Below the pieces are notes generated by a model, which was given only the letters and a program-made list of their open reading frames with translations, was not told the DNA's origin and searched no databases. A stretch of 54,842 bases of DNA from a virus (Duplodnaviria; Caudoviricetes): IMG/VR virus record IMGVR_UViG_3300007784_000001, positions 1-54,842 of that record; one strand, written 5' to 3'. Of the stretch, positions 1 to 9,848 are shown one piece after another; the first letter of the stretch is position 1, and every line of letters starts with the position of its first letter. Both the position numbers and the translations under genes were made by a program.

Positions 1-57
1 AATGCTCTCTACTGTGAAACCAAGTTCTGGCTGATACCAGTTGAAAAATATCGTCAT
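1..57 (-). CDS. Partial CDS (5' end) running off the window
   Basis: ATG at 57 overlaps the TGA of the LamG gene (ATGA coupling); open to the window edge (MTIFFNWYQPELG...). Confidence 0.55.
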   Translation of the reverse strand, partial: MTIFFNWYQPELGFTVESI

Positions 58-956
58 TTTCTCTCCTGTGCCCAGCCAGAATTGGGTCTATCATCTTGAT
101 CGATGTTCGTTCCTGATGCGACAGTCAATCGATCAGCAATGGGGCCAAAATCTAAACTCTGCAAATTTGGGGCACTAAGTATGGTTGGATAATTTCCAAG
201 TTGATCCATATCTTGACCAACCGAATAACCAAGACGATTAACCAATGGCAGTTCTGCCGCGTAGATCGCTGCAATGTTTGCTGGTATCTCTGCTGTATCG
301 TAGACTCTCACCAGCGCAACATTGCCGTGAAACGTATCGGCCGAAACCGTTGGTGAGCGCAACATTTCGCATACCGCGTTCGCCCCACCATCTGGTGCCG
401 TAAGACCAGTCACGTCCGCCGCAAGGTCAACACCATCAACGTAAAACTTTACGTCTCGCAGTGCGCCGTTGATAGAACGCACAACGGCAATGTGCTGTAA
501 TGGCTGCGGATCGTAATATGACAACTCACCACCAGGTGAATATGCCGTAACATCAACACCGGTCCCTTGTTCCCAGAGCATACCGAACCCGTCGGCCGAG
601 GTTTGCACAAGAGACCACAGATAGTTATCTGCCTGAACTTCACTACCACCAACGCCGCACGCGATGAGGTGACGAATCGTGCCGGCCCCAGGCGCCCCGA
701 ACCTCCTTACCCAGGCCGAGATCGTCACGTCTCCAGTAAGCAGGAAATCTGAGTTGTTGTTTACTGAACCGTGGTAGTCACCGTTGTTCTCGGAGTACCT
801 GCAAGCGTTCAGGAACCGACCCCTTAGCTGGCTGAACCACTTGTAATATCCCACGCTTGCAAAGTCATGATTGTTCGCATGACCTGAATAATCCAAGACA
901 GAAGTCACCAGATCAATAGGCCGTTCATCGCATTTCCAGTAACCTACCAAGGCCAT
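54..956 (-). CDS. LamG/concanavalin-A-like domain virion protein (tail/receptor-binding associated)
   Basis: Motifs VTISAWVRR, QHIAVVR, KFYVDG, FHGNVALVRVYD typical of LamG_3; GGAGG SD; downstream of baseplate genes. Confidence 0.75.
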   Translation of the reverse strand: MALVGYWKCDERPIDLVTSVLDYSGHANNHDFASVGYYKWFSQLRGRFLNACRYSENNGDYHGSVNNNSDFLLTGDVTISAWVRRFGAPGAGTIRHLIACGVGGSEVQADNYLWSLVQTSADGFGMLWEQGTGVDVTAYSPGGELSYYDPQPLQHIAVVRSINGALRDVKFYVDGVDLAADVTGLTAPDGGANAVCEMLRSPTVSADTFHGNVALVRVYDTAEIPANIAAIYAAELPLVNRLGYSVGQDMDQLGNYPTILSAPNLQSLDFGPIADRLTVASGTNIDQDDRPNSGWAQERK

Positions 957-980
957 GCTTCCTCCATCGTCACAATCACG

Positions 981-2054
981 CTAGAACAAAGGGAACGTCG
1001 TCGCGCCAGGCCACGGAAAACCAAGCCCAGACCTCCCTGTTGTGTTGTAACCACAAGACAAGATATTATCTGTAAACAGATTACCCTCTGCAACGAAAGC
1101 ATTGATCAACGACACAAACCGCAACTGTCCCAATAAGGATTGGTGTTCGTTCCAGTATTGTCGAACCAACGGACTAAAAGCGACTTCCTCGCCGCTCCAA
1201 GGATCTGTGCCACAGTAGCGACCGAACTCTGATATATAGGAAGTGGCTCGATAAAGTCCCCCGTGCATATGCTGGTTTACTGCCGAACCGTCTGCCGCTA
1301 GCGAAAAAGAGTTTTGTATCACGCTAGCCTCGGAAAACATCTCATTAGTATTGCTTCCTCGGCCAAACACTGGATAACTAGCCGCGCCACCAGCATCAAC
1401 AAAATACGGGGCGATGAGGTATTCAGGTTTCGGATGGTTCGCATTTCTTCGCGTCAATTCTCCAATATATCCCAAACGCTGGTACCCATAGTTTGGACTT
1501 GCATAAACACCCGTCGCGAGCTGGCCAACTGCAACCACTGTCTCATTGTCTCCAGCAAAATGAATGTTGAAGTCTTCGTCGCTTGCCGCATCTGAAGACC
1601 AACGCAAATCTCCTGAATCCACAACAGCAACAAAGTCACGTGTTACGCCTCCGACCCAACCTCCATCAGGTGATAGTCGCACAGCGACGACGCCGGTCAC
1701 CCCATCGAGACCTTTGTCAGAACCGGAGGTGTCGGCGTAGGCCACACTGTTCGCAACCTGAAACTTTACTTGCCACTGCCTTGTTCCGTCACCGTTCAGT
1801 GTTGCAGACGACAGATCTGCACGCACAACAAACCATGAGTTTTCTCCCATGGGGGGCGGATCGTTCCACGTCAGCCATGCAGTTGGCGTTCCGGTGCCAC
1901 CCTCGGTTGCGCCAGTCCCGTAGCTTATAATGGAGTAAGCCGAGTGTGCATCGAAAAAATTCAGCAGTTCCCAGAACATACGGAAGTTTACTACTCCAGG
2001 CTGACCCGAATTTTGCCACTTCCGGTTGACGCGATATTGCACAGTGCCCGACAT
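981..2054 (-). CDS. Putative tail-associated protein, paralog 3 of a tandem family
   Basis: 357 aa; shares NSWF, QVKFQ, SG.D.G and RLSPDGGW with the two neighbouring ORFs. Confidence 0.6.
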   Translation of the reverse strand: MSGTVQYRVNRKWQNSGQPGVVNFRMFWELLNFFDAHSAYSIISYGTGATEGGTGTPTAWLTWNDPPPMGENSWFVVRADLSSATLNGDGTRQWQVKFQVANSVAYADTSGSDKGLDGVTGVVAVRLSPDGGWVGGVTRDFVAVVDSGDLRWSSDAASDEDFNIHFAGDNETVVAVGQLATGVYASPNYGYQRLGYIGELTRRNANHPKPEYLIAPYFVDAGGAASYPVFGRGSNTNEMFSEASVIQNSFSLAADGSAVNQHMHGGLYRATSYISEFGRYCGTDPWSGEEVAFSPLVRQYWNEHQSLLGQLRFVSLINAFVAEGNLFTDNILSCGYNTTGRSGLGFPWPGATTFPLF

Positions 2055-2070
2055 TAACTTACCTCCTCAA

Positions 2071-3105
2071 TCAGAATGGGTTGACGTCTGAGCCACCCCA
2101 AGGAATCACCATGCATGGTTTGTTCCCGCCAAGCGTTCTGTACTGTTTGCCTTCAAGAAACACACCGTCGCCAGGACCAAACCCGAACCATACGTGTTTA
2201 TGAGAACCTATCATTCGTGTATCTGGTGAGTCTGGTTGTCCAGATATTTCCCGTCCGCTTATCGGAATCTCAATCAAATCAATAGAAGAATCTGGGTCGA
2301 ATTCATTTGGGTACATTGTCTTGTCCCAAAAATACCCAAGTGGCGAACAATTGATATTCCACCTTTTCATGTCTCCGTTTTCATCCGGGCAAGAAACAAC
2401 ATAGTAGTTGTAACCCATACGATCAGTGAAAAACCACGGCGTTTGTTCATTTGACCAGAACCCGTCAAGGTATTGGCTATTCGCATCGAGTCCGTAAAAC
2501 ATGTAACTAGGATGGTCTGGTGTATGCTGACCTGGGGTCATGGGATTATACGCCCCAATGTAACAAGTAACATTATCCCACGCAAAGCCGTTGCATTGAG
2601 GCATCAAAATAAAGTCGTCGTCAATTACAAAGAACCACCGCGTTCCAACACTCTCGATGCTGAAATTCCTTGAGACCTTTGATGGATTAGCAAAGTCAGG
2701 AAAAGTAACAGCAAAATCCCAACCTCCAAACGGAGCTAAACGCACACACATTATTCTGGTTGTGCCTTCCCAACCATAATCATTCCCAGAGCAGTCATCG
2801 AAGGCACTACTGCCAGTACCTTGAAACTTTATTTGCATTGCTGGATATCCAGGTTCTGGATTCACCTGTTCCGCAATAAACCAACTATTGGAGTTAAGAC
2901 CAGTCTCGTCGAGACCTCCCCATAAATTATTGACAATCGGATCTCCATTCACTCGATCAGGCACAGCCGACAGTGCGTAAGAGTCGATGATTTCCCAGCC
3001 AGCATGTGCCGACATGGCGCGGGCGAGGTCTAGCAAATAATGCCGTGGCCAGTCTGCGCCCAAGGCAGCCGGAGATCGCATAGACCTATAAACCGACACG
3101 GTCAT
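2071..3105 (-). CDS. Putative tail-associated protein, paralog 2
   Basis: 344 aa; colinear similarity to 3115..4176 (GQHTP.HP, CPDENG, YPNEFDP, SPDTR.IG.HKH). Confidence 0.6.
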   Translation of the reverse strand: MTVSVYRSMRSPAALGADWPRHYLLDLARAMSAHAGWEIIDSYALSAVPDRVNGDPIVNNLWGGLDETGLNSNSWFIAEQVNPEPGYPAMQIKFQGTGSSAFDDCSGNDYGWEGTTRIMCVRLAPFGGWDFAVTFPDFANPSKVSRNFSIESVGTRWFFVIDDDFILMPQCNGFAWDNVTCYIGAYNPMTPGQHTPDHPSYMFYGLDANSQYLDGFWSNEQTPWFFTDRMGYNYYVVSCPDENGDMKRWNINCSPLGYFWDKTMYPNEFDPDSSIDLIEIPISGREISGQPDSPDTRMIGSHKHVWFGFGPGDGVFLEGKQYRTLGGNKPCMVIPWGGSDVNPF

Positions 3106-3114
3106 GATTGCCTC

Positions 3115-4176
3115 CTATGGAATGAAATCCGTACTACCGTCCCACTCCATAATGACGCCAGGTTGATTCAATCCACATGGCAGAAATTGCCGACCCTGCA
3201 TAAATGCCCCATAACCCATGCCGTTGCCGAGCCAAAGGTGTTTGTGCCTGCCGATGTATCTTGTGTCTGGAGAGTAAGGATCGTTATCTCTTAGTCTTCC
3301 CATTATCGGGACTTCAATCAAATCATTTGTCATTGTTGGGTCGAACTCGTTTGGATACGCCGAGCCATCAAGGAAATACGCATAGTTAGGATGCATCGCC
3401 TCCCACTGTTTCATGATTCCATTTTCGTCGGGGCATGCCACGACGAAGTCTTGCGCAGAATGGAATCTGTCTTTGAAAAACATGTAGCTTTGCTCGCTCG
3501 TCCAATAACCCGCCCACAAATCGTAGTCTGTCGATTCTCCAAGATACATCATGCAAGGATGTGCTGGCGTATGCTGGCCAGCGCGTAGCGGCGTATAGGC
3601 ACCGACGTAGAAACAGAAGTTGTCGTAGCGAATATAGGTAGCAAAACGAAACTGAGGAACTACGAAATAATCATCGTCCATAATCAACCAAGAACGACCG
3701 CTTGTAACCTGTGGTTCCCAGGCCATGTCTCGCGAGACCTTGGTTGTGGGATTGGCGAAGTCAGGTGTTGTGTCTGCCAAGTTCCAGCCACCAAAAGGAG
3801 CAACCCGACAACCGTTCGCCCGGTTGTTTCCCTCTTGCCCGTAGTCAACCCCGGACGGCTCCGCATAGTTTGCGTTCCCTGCAGCCTGGATCTTTACCTG
3901 CATCGCCGGGAACGTTGCTTCTGGGTTCACTTGTTGAATGACGAACCAAGAGTTTGACGGCGTATTTATTTGTGAGCTTCCTCCCCATAGCCCACCTATT
4001 CCCCCTGTCATCGGGTCGCCCTTCAACCGGTTCGGCGATGCATTGGAGTTGAAGGAATCAATAATGCTCCACCCTGAGTCAAGCGAGAAAGCCTGCGCGA
4101 AAAAGTGAAGCATTGTCCTTCCGTAGTCGTAGTTGATATCATTCCTCAGCGGGTTTCTATAGACTCGTGCTACCAT
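3115..4176 (-). CDS. Putative tail-associated protein, paralog 1
   Basis: 353 aa; AAGGAG SD; paralog of 2071..3105. Confidence 0.6.
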   Translation of the reverse strand: MVARVYRNPLRNDINYDYGRTMLHFFAQAFSLDSGWSIIDSFNSNASPNRLKGDPMTGGIGGLWGGSSQINTPSNSWFVIQQVNPEATFPAMQVKIQAAGNANYAEPSGVDYGQEGNNRANGCRVAPFGGWNLADTTPDFANPTTKVSRDMAWEPQVTSGRSWLIMDDDYFVVPQFRFATYIRYDNFCFYVGAYTPLRAGQHTPAHPCMMYLGESTDYDLWAGYWTSEQSYMFFKDRFHSAQDFVVACPDENGIMKQWEAMHPNYAYFLDGSAYPNEFDPTMTNDLIEVPIMGRLRDNDPYSPDTRYIGRHKHLWLGNGMGYGAFMQGRQFLPCGLNQPGVIMEWDGSTDFIP

Positions 4177-4279
4177 GATGGCTCCTTAGATTGCTATCTA
4201 ATGACCTAAGAACAACATGACCGTTCGTCATTATAAAACAATGATAAACCAATATAACGTTATAATATATCTTTCTCTA

Positions 4280-4297
4280 TGTCTAACCGGTTAGACA
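4280..4297. repeat. 18-bp palindrome copy 1 (perfect TGTCTAACCGGTTAGACA)
   Basis: 1 nt after the stop of the wedge gene, at the edge of an AT-rich intergenic region. Confidence 0.95.
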
Positions 4298-4298
4298 A

Positions 4299-6785
4299 TT
4301 AGAATGACGGAGGTAGTATTACTACTTGAGAATTCACTGCATCAAATATTGGCAATTCATTTGCGGTCAATCCGATATCTGCCGTCGGACTAGTAATCGT
4401 TACCTTGAACACATTTCCGGGAGAAATCCGAAAAACTTGAGCAACAATCCGAGAGAGTGGAACTTCTTGTCCAAACTGCCAAACGTATGACACAGCATCA
4501 CTCTCAAGTGCAGTAGGCGAAAGAAGATATGACAATGTCTGAATCACCATAGCCTCAGTGACTATCGAGTTGGCTACAACTTCCATTTCAAGAGCGATCG
4601 ATTTCGGAACGTAATTCGAAACCGTCAGCTCATGATTCATAACAAGAACGCCAAGATAATCGTCTCCACCATTGAAGTATTCTTCCAACTCGGTACGAGA
4701 CGACTGTGCAAGAGCGGCACCACCTTGGCCAGCTACAACTAGCTCAATAGTCTTCGGCCCGAACGCATCTTCATACGAACGAGCCCGTGCTACTGGACGT
4801 ACTCCACTAGCACTGACAAATGCAGTTGCAAGAATCTCAGCATCCCGAGGCGTCACTGCCCGATACATTGTACGAAGTCGATAGGGACCTTGTTCCTTGA
4901 CCTTCTCCATCGACTCAACGGAATTCCAATCGGCTTCAACCCAGAAAAGACCGGAACGTGGATTGGTAACCTCAGTGAAAACGCCCACACCGTCACGATT
5001 GACTTGCAACGTATTGGCACCGATATTTCCATCGACGTCGGCGCCCACACGATACGTCGCTTCGATGTTATTGGTTCCAATGGGAGGAATTCTTCCATTC
5101 GTCCCATCACCAAAAACGATCACTGCGGTTCCATCAGAATTGACATCGACTCTGAAGTGACGATCGGTCTGGTACGATGTCAAGAATGTATCGACTCGCT
5201 CCCACTCAATGAATCCGCCACCCTCGTCGACATATACCCGAGCCGAATTGAGAATGTACGGTGTACGAGCAAGAGTAAACGTTTGTGACGTTTGTCCAGA
5301 TGACGAACCCAATGGTACGTCTTCTACTGTCCGACCTTGTATGGCCGTAAAAATAACGTAATGATCGCCCTCGGTAAATGTCATCGAAGTGATATCAGGT
5401 CCAGCCGGTGTGCCACTAACATCAACAATTCGATACCGAAGGAAGTAAGCTTCGCGTTGTGTGCCCGCACTAACGTCATACAACTGATACTGTTGCCAAC
5501 TATCCGATTCAGACTGTGGAAGATCAAACTTCGTCCTTCCACTATTGACCATCCGTTGACTACCAAAAACAGTAGTATCTTCAGTGATGCTGATCGGACG
5601 CCAACTACAAAATACAAGATAGTCGCCCGTTACTATCGATGGTGTCGTTTGTCCCATGTATCCAGGGATATCAACGTAATTCACACCGCCAGCAAAATTA
5701 GATATTGCATTGCTCTCATATCCAGTAGGTACATGTTGTACTTTGATATGAGCACCCTTCGCCGACGTCACTCCCATCAGAGTGTTCAAATTGAAACGCA
5801 AATATCCAGGCGATGGGTCGACTGTTACCAAATCAGGTTGTATCGTTGTTTCGGATGCGTCGTAGAATTCCCAGATTCCTTCGGCACCCAATGGAGCACT
5901 GGCGATCACCGAATCAAACCGATTCCACATCACATCGGTATGACCATAATAGAACTTATTGCCTTCTTGTACCGTGCTAGCCCATGGACTAAACCCAAGA
6001 GCGGCTGCCAAATCAGAAGCACCATTGGCAGTCACTCCACGTACCGTAAACGATAGGCTACCTTCAGAAATGAAAGCAGCATTCGCCAATCTGGCTTGAT
6101 TCCACACTCCAGAACCAGGAGTTGTTTCATCAAGTAGCTCGGTTATCCGAGCATCCTCAATATTGTTTCCAAGAATCGAACCAGTAATCTCAACCATCTT
6201 GTTGAGATCGGCAGTCACAAACTGATACCCCGCCGTAGCTTCCAGAATATCTGGATTGATTGAAGTCACCAATCCAGTTCCCGAGTTCTCACCCTCGACC
6301 CCATATGCAAGTTCGATCTGATCGGTTCTTGCATTGGTCTCAACTTCTGCCGAGTTCTCGAAAATGATTTCATCTTCATCTTCGTTTCGAACAGTAGCAA
6401 ACTTCCGATACGCTTCCAGAAGACGAACCGAACTTGCATACGTACGAGCAAGTTTTGCTAGTACATCAACTTCCGCTGCCGATGCTGGCAACATCCTGTA
6501 ATCGATCAGTCCAAGATGGTACTTCACACTGTCAGGATGACGTGCCGTATCAAGAAATGCATCGTTGGCAACCATATCAATAAGCACGTTGTTGTAGTGA
6601 GCCATCAACGCAAACGCGCGCTCAAGCTGCATAAACGGCTCGCGAAGATCTTCGTTGGTAATCTCAGGTGCGTTCGCCCGATTGAAACGACGAAGGCGAG
6701 CTGCAATCTCAGGAAAGTAGAATCCCGAATATTGGAAATCTGGAGTTCGAATAATTTCCAGATTGGCCGTAAGGTTGGATGCCAT
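4299..6785 (-). CDS. Baseplate wedge protein (gpJ / T4 gp6 / Afp11-like)
   Basis: SSGQTSQTFTL, FGDGTNGRIPP..NNIEATYRVG and RAVTPRD motifs; follows the gp25-like gene. Confidence 0.85.
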   Translation of the reverse strand: MASNLTANLEIIRTPDFQYSGFYFPEIAARLRRFNRANAPEITNEDLREPFMQLERAFALMAHYNNVLIDMVANDAFLDTARHPDSVKYHLGLIDYRMLPASAAEVDVLAKLARTYASSVRLLEAYRKFATVRNEDEDEIIFENSAEVETNARTDQIELAYGVEGENSGTGLVTSINPDILEATAGYQFVTADLNKMVEITGSILGNNIEDARITELLDETTPGSGVWNQARLANAAFISEGSLSFTVRGVTANGASDLAAALGFSPWASTVQEGNKFYYGHTDVMWNRFDSVIASAPLGAEGIWEFYDASETTIQPDLVTVDPSPGYLRFNLNTLMGVTSAKGAHIKVQHVPTGYESNAISNFAGGVNYVDIPGYMGQTTPSIVTGDYLVFCSWRPISITEDTTVFGSQRMVNSGRTKFDLPQSESDSWQQYQLYDVSAGTQREAYFLRYRIVDVSGTPAGPDITSMTFTEGDHYVIFTAIQGRTVEDVPLGSSSGQTSQTFTLARTPYILNSARVYVDEGGGFIEWERVDTFLTSYQTDRHFRVDVNSDGTAVIVFGDGTNGRIPPIGTNNIEATYRVGADVDGNIGANTLQVNRDGVGVFTEVTNPRSGLFWVEADWNSVESMEKVKEQGPYRLRTMYRAVTPRDAEILATAFVSASGVRPVARARSYEDAFGPKTIELVVAGQGGAALAQSSRTELEEYFNGGDDYLGVLVMNHELTVSNYVPKSIALEMEVVANSIVTEAMVIQTLSYLLSPTALESDAVSYVWQFGQEVPLSRIVAQVFRISPGNVFKVTITSPTADIGLTANELPIFDAVNSQVVILPPSF

Positions 6786-7174
6786 TATCGCCTCCTACCA
6801 TTCGATAGACGAACTTCGCGAGTCTCGTTATCTTCCAAATCGACGTAGTTGATAATCATCTCTACGTCGCCCTTATCAGTATCCTGAAGACCAAGCTTGA
6901 GCGAACTACCATCCCGTGGGAGCATCGTGTATCCAAGTCGCTCTTGCTCATCGAAGAAGTTGTAGATGTGCGCAATGAGTTGACCACCGGTCATCTCATC
7001 GGCAATGTTGAAGATCGTTTCCTCAGATGGAGTCAGTTTCTGATGCCACGGATGAAGACTCGACGCAGGAGTCACGCCGAGAATTACATTCTGTCGACGT
7101 GCACTGTATCCCTCGATTGTCCTGGCACCGCCACGAACACCAGTCTCTAACGGTAGTCTCAGTCCTTTGGGCAT
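6785..7174 (-). CDS. Baseplate gp25/gpW-like sheath initiator
   Basis: 129 aa, N-terminal GLRLP, C-terminal I.Y strand; between spike and wedge. Confidence 0.65.
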   Translation of the reverse strand: MPKGLRLPLETGVRGGARTIEGYSARRQNVILGVTPASSLHPWHQKLTPSEETIFNIADEMTGGQLIAHIYNFFDEQERLGYTMLPRDGSSLKLGLQDTDKGDVEMIINYVDLEDNETREVRLSNGRRR

Positions 7175-7177
7175 CGC

Positions 7178-7876
7178 TTACTCCACCAGATTATTCTCTG
7201 AGTTGAGTGTAGATGAAGGCGGTACTGTAGTTGAACTGGAAACAGGAGAATCGGAAACTCCAAGAACACTTATAACTGTCGGACCAGGTAAAGTTACCGA
7301 ATACGTTCCCGGACCATGGGTATGAGAATCCAACCATATTTTCAAAGTATCCAAAAAATCTTTCAATTCATCGCCACGAGTCAATGGATGTTGCGCGTCG
7401 TCTACGCCAATAAACACTTTCGCACTTGTCTCTAATGCAATGTTCCCATCGTTATCGACAGTAATCTTCGCACCTGATGGATGCTCGTAATGGAATGTCA
7501 GACTATCCTCTGTATCGTCGAAATAGAGGATATGCCCTTTCCGAGTAACCCAGCCTCTGCGCTTGGGATAGTTCTCCTGGAATACTTCAGGAACGCCTCC
7601 CTGTGAATACACAGAGCACTTCCACTGAGGGTCAAGGTCATTGGCCTCAGAATCATCTTCAGCTTCGATAGTGACCTCGACGATAGCTCCTGGATTCGGA
7701 ACCCAGAAACTTCCTCCTTGTTCATCGGAACTCGAATCGACGAAATGAAAAGAAGGATTCATCCATTCCATCACGTCGCCTTCGGCGATCGTATCGCACT
7801 GAACTGTCAGTCGACCTCTTTTCTCAGGGTCGTCGTTATCGATTACTATTCCCCAGTGCTTTTCTCGTTTGGGCAT
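7178..7876 (-). CDS. Baseplate central spike (gpV / gp5 OB-fold)
   Basis: DDPEKRGRLTV and FWVPNPGAIVEV OB-fold motifs, beta-repeats, C-terminal HTH (His-x-His) tip motif. Confidence 0.85.
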   Translation of the reverse strand: MPKREKHWGIVIDNDDPEKRGRLTVQCDTIAEGDVMEWMNPSFHFVDSSSDEQGGSFWVPNPGAIVEVTIEAEDDSEANDLDPQWKCSVYSQGGVPEVFQENYPKRRGWVTRKGHILYFDDTEDSLTFHYEHPSGAKITVDNDGNIALETSAKVFIGVDDAQHPLTRGDELKDFLDTLKIWLDSHTHGPGTYSVTLPGPTVISVLGVSDSPVSSSTTVPPSSTLNSENNLVE

Positions 7877-7894
7877 TGTCTAACCGGTTATACT
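7877..7894. repeat. Palindrome copy 2 (TGTCTAACCGGTTATACT)
   Basis: Fills the whole gap between the hub stop (TAG) and the spike ATG. Confidence 0.95.
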
Positions 7895-9848
7895 AGTTCG
7901 TAAGCAAAGCGCGACGCCACCGCTCCAATACATCTTGAGCTTGTGGTGTCAACTGACCCATATCTTCAGACTCAACTGTCATCTCACCATTCTCTTGTTC
8001 TGGTTCATTGAACAACATATCGACCATCAGATAACCAGAAAATGACGTCGTATACATTGAACCAGCCGACATCTTATGAGACACCTGAGTCAGAAAATAC
8101 AATCCATCGAACCTGGTCAATCCATCGAATTGATGTTTATGCCGACAGTGAACTTCGGGAATCCCCTGAATGAACTCACCCTCAGCTTCACAAAACTCCG
8201 ATGCATGATTGTACCAAAAAGACATGAGCCATCGACGTGCATCGTCAATCGTTCGAAAGTTTCGATCTGCCTGAACAGAAGTTCGTCGTCCATGAATAGT
8301 CAACACAACTTCTGGTCCATTCCCTAATGGCTCGTCCATAAGTGCTGTAGCGTCCGGTCCACGGAACTCGGGAGAATAGCGAGAAACGTTCTCCATTGCT
8401 ACACGAAGTCGTTGACTCTTCCGCGTAACAGGGTCCGTGAATACCATATCAATCTCTGTCTTCTGACCGCGTGTTGAGATACGGGGTCGAAAAGACTTGA
8501 GAGTTGTCATCTCACGGTAGTTGTAGTGAAAATTGTATATGATGTGCTGAGGCACATTATGAGGCGAGCCCCAATATCCAATCCAATTGCTAGTCTCATA
8601 GTAATAGAAGACGAACATAATGAAACCGTGGTTCTTGGCTAGCTTCTTGAGAAACTCCCAGTCGGAAGTTCCTGCCTTCTGAACCACTCGACGTCCGCCT
8701 ACTTCTTGTGTAATTCGTACCGTTCGTTCGCCAGTTGTTTCTACAACACGAATAGGCGCATCGTATGCTCTTAAATTCGGTCCTTCTGCATCCATGCTTG
8801 TCAAAAACCGACGTTGTCTATCGGGTGGTAAACTGGCAAACACTTGGGCAACGGATTGATGTGCGGCTTCGGCTTGATCATTTGTATCGCGAAAATTATC
8901 CAATATAGCAGGTTCATTAATTGTTATCTCGCGAACTTCTCGTCTTGAACGTGCATTCCCACCTACAGCTTCAGTATACGGAACAATTCCATACGATTGA
9001 AAAATTGCATTTGCGATTTCATCATCACGAAGATTGCGCCAAACTTTTCCACGATTGTTACGACGGCGAGGAACTCGCGCTTTACGAAGAACTGTTCGTG
9101 TACGTGGAGTATTCGTTCGTTGTTGATTTGTATTTGATGCCGTACCAAGTCTTACAGAATCATTAGCCGCTCTTGTACCAGTTTGATCTAATGTCTGATT
9201 GTGAACCAACGACCGTGCCTGTTGTTCAGTAAGACCTTCCGCCTGCATCAACCTTTCAATTTCTAATTGTTGCGCCTGCGGTGATTCCAATTGTTGCCTT
9301 AAATACGATGTACCTTGTTGATTCGGAGGATTCGCAGGTGGCTGTTGACGATGTCGCTCCCACCACGCCGTACCCTCAGCCTGCACTTCGGCACGACCTT
9401 CTTCCATCAAGAAGTGAGAAATATCATATCCAGTTACGTTTAACTTCGGTATTGAATCCGAAGAGAATTCCGGTTCAATACCAGTAACAATTGCACGACC
9501 CATATAATCAGGATGTCGACCATCGTATCCCATCCATAGATCAATGGAGTTTCCTTCTGCAAACATACGACTGTCATGTAGTCGCATGTCTATGTTCTCG
9601 ATTGTCAACTTCATCATACTTGCTTGACAATCATTCTCTTCCCATTCAACCGATGATACGATCAATCCATTGAGATCGTAGTTGCCTTCAGTGGCATTAG
9701 CTTCCGCCGAGAACATCACTCGATTGTTTTCGCCAGAAATCTCAATACGAAAATACGGTGCTAACATCTCACCGTACTTCTCGCTTATCTCTCGATCATC
9801 TCGACGAAAGAGCCTACCAATTCTCCGAGCCGGATACGGTCCTGGCAT
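7893..9848 (-). CDS. Baseplate hub (gpD / gp27-like) with a large internal insertion
   Basis: GNSIDLWMGY, QKAGTSDWEFLKKLAKNHGF and DGLYFLTQVSH motifs of late-control-D proteins. Confidence 0.8.
   Translation of the reverse strand: MPGPYPARRIGRLFRRDDREISEKYGEMLAPYFRIEISGENNRVMFSAEANATEGNYDLNGLIVSSVEWEENDCQASMMKLTIENIDMRLHDSRMFAEGNSIDLWMGYDGRHPDYMGRAIVTGIEPEFSSDSIPKLNVTGYDISHFLMEEGRAEVQAEGTAWWERHRQQPPANPPNQQGTSYLRQQLESPQAQQLEIERLMQAEGLTEQQARSLVHNQTLDQTGTRAANDSVRLGTASNTNQQRTNTPRTRTVLRKARVPRRRNNRGKVWRNLRDDEIANAIFQSYGIVPYTEAVGGNARSRREVREITINEPAILDNFRDTNDQAEAAHQSVAQVFASLPPDRQRRFLTSMDAEGPNLRAYDAPIRVVETTGERTVRITQEVGGRRVVQKAGTSDWEFLKKLAKNHGFIMFVFYYYETSNWIGYWGSPHNVPQHIIYNFHYNYREMTTLKSFRPRISTRGQKTEIDMVFTDPVTRKSQRLRVAMENVSRYSPEFRGPDATALMDEPLGNGPEVVLTIHGRRTSVQADRNFRTIDDARRWLMSFWYNHASEFCEAEGEFIQGIPEVHCRHKHQFDGLTRFDGLYFLTQVSHKMSAGSMYTTSFSGYLMVDMLFNEPEQENGEMTVESEDMGQLTPQAQDVLERWRRALLTN

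Noticed and set aside
981-4176. Diversity-generating retroelement or shufflon acting on the three paralogs
   Set aside because: No reverse transcriptase or invertase in the window; all three genes are complete and co-oriented, and no near-identical adenine-variant repeat pair was seen
4280-4285. TAGACA within the motif acting as a general -35 element
   Set aside because: At the copies checked (4280, 41976, 42922, 53941) no consensus -10 lies at a consistent 16-18 nt spacing
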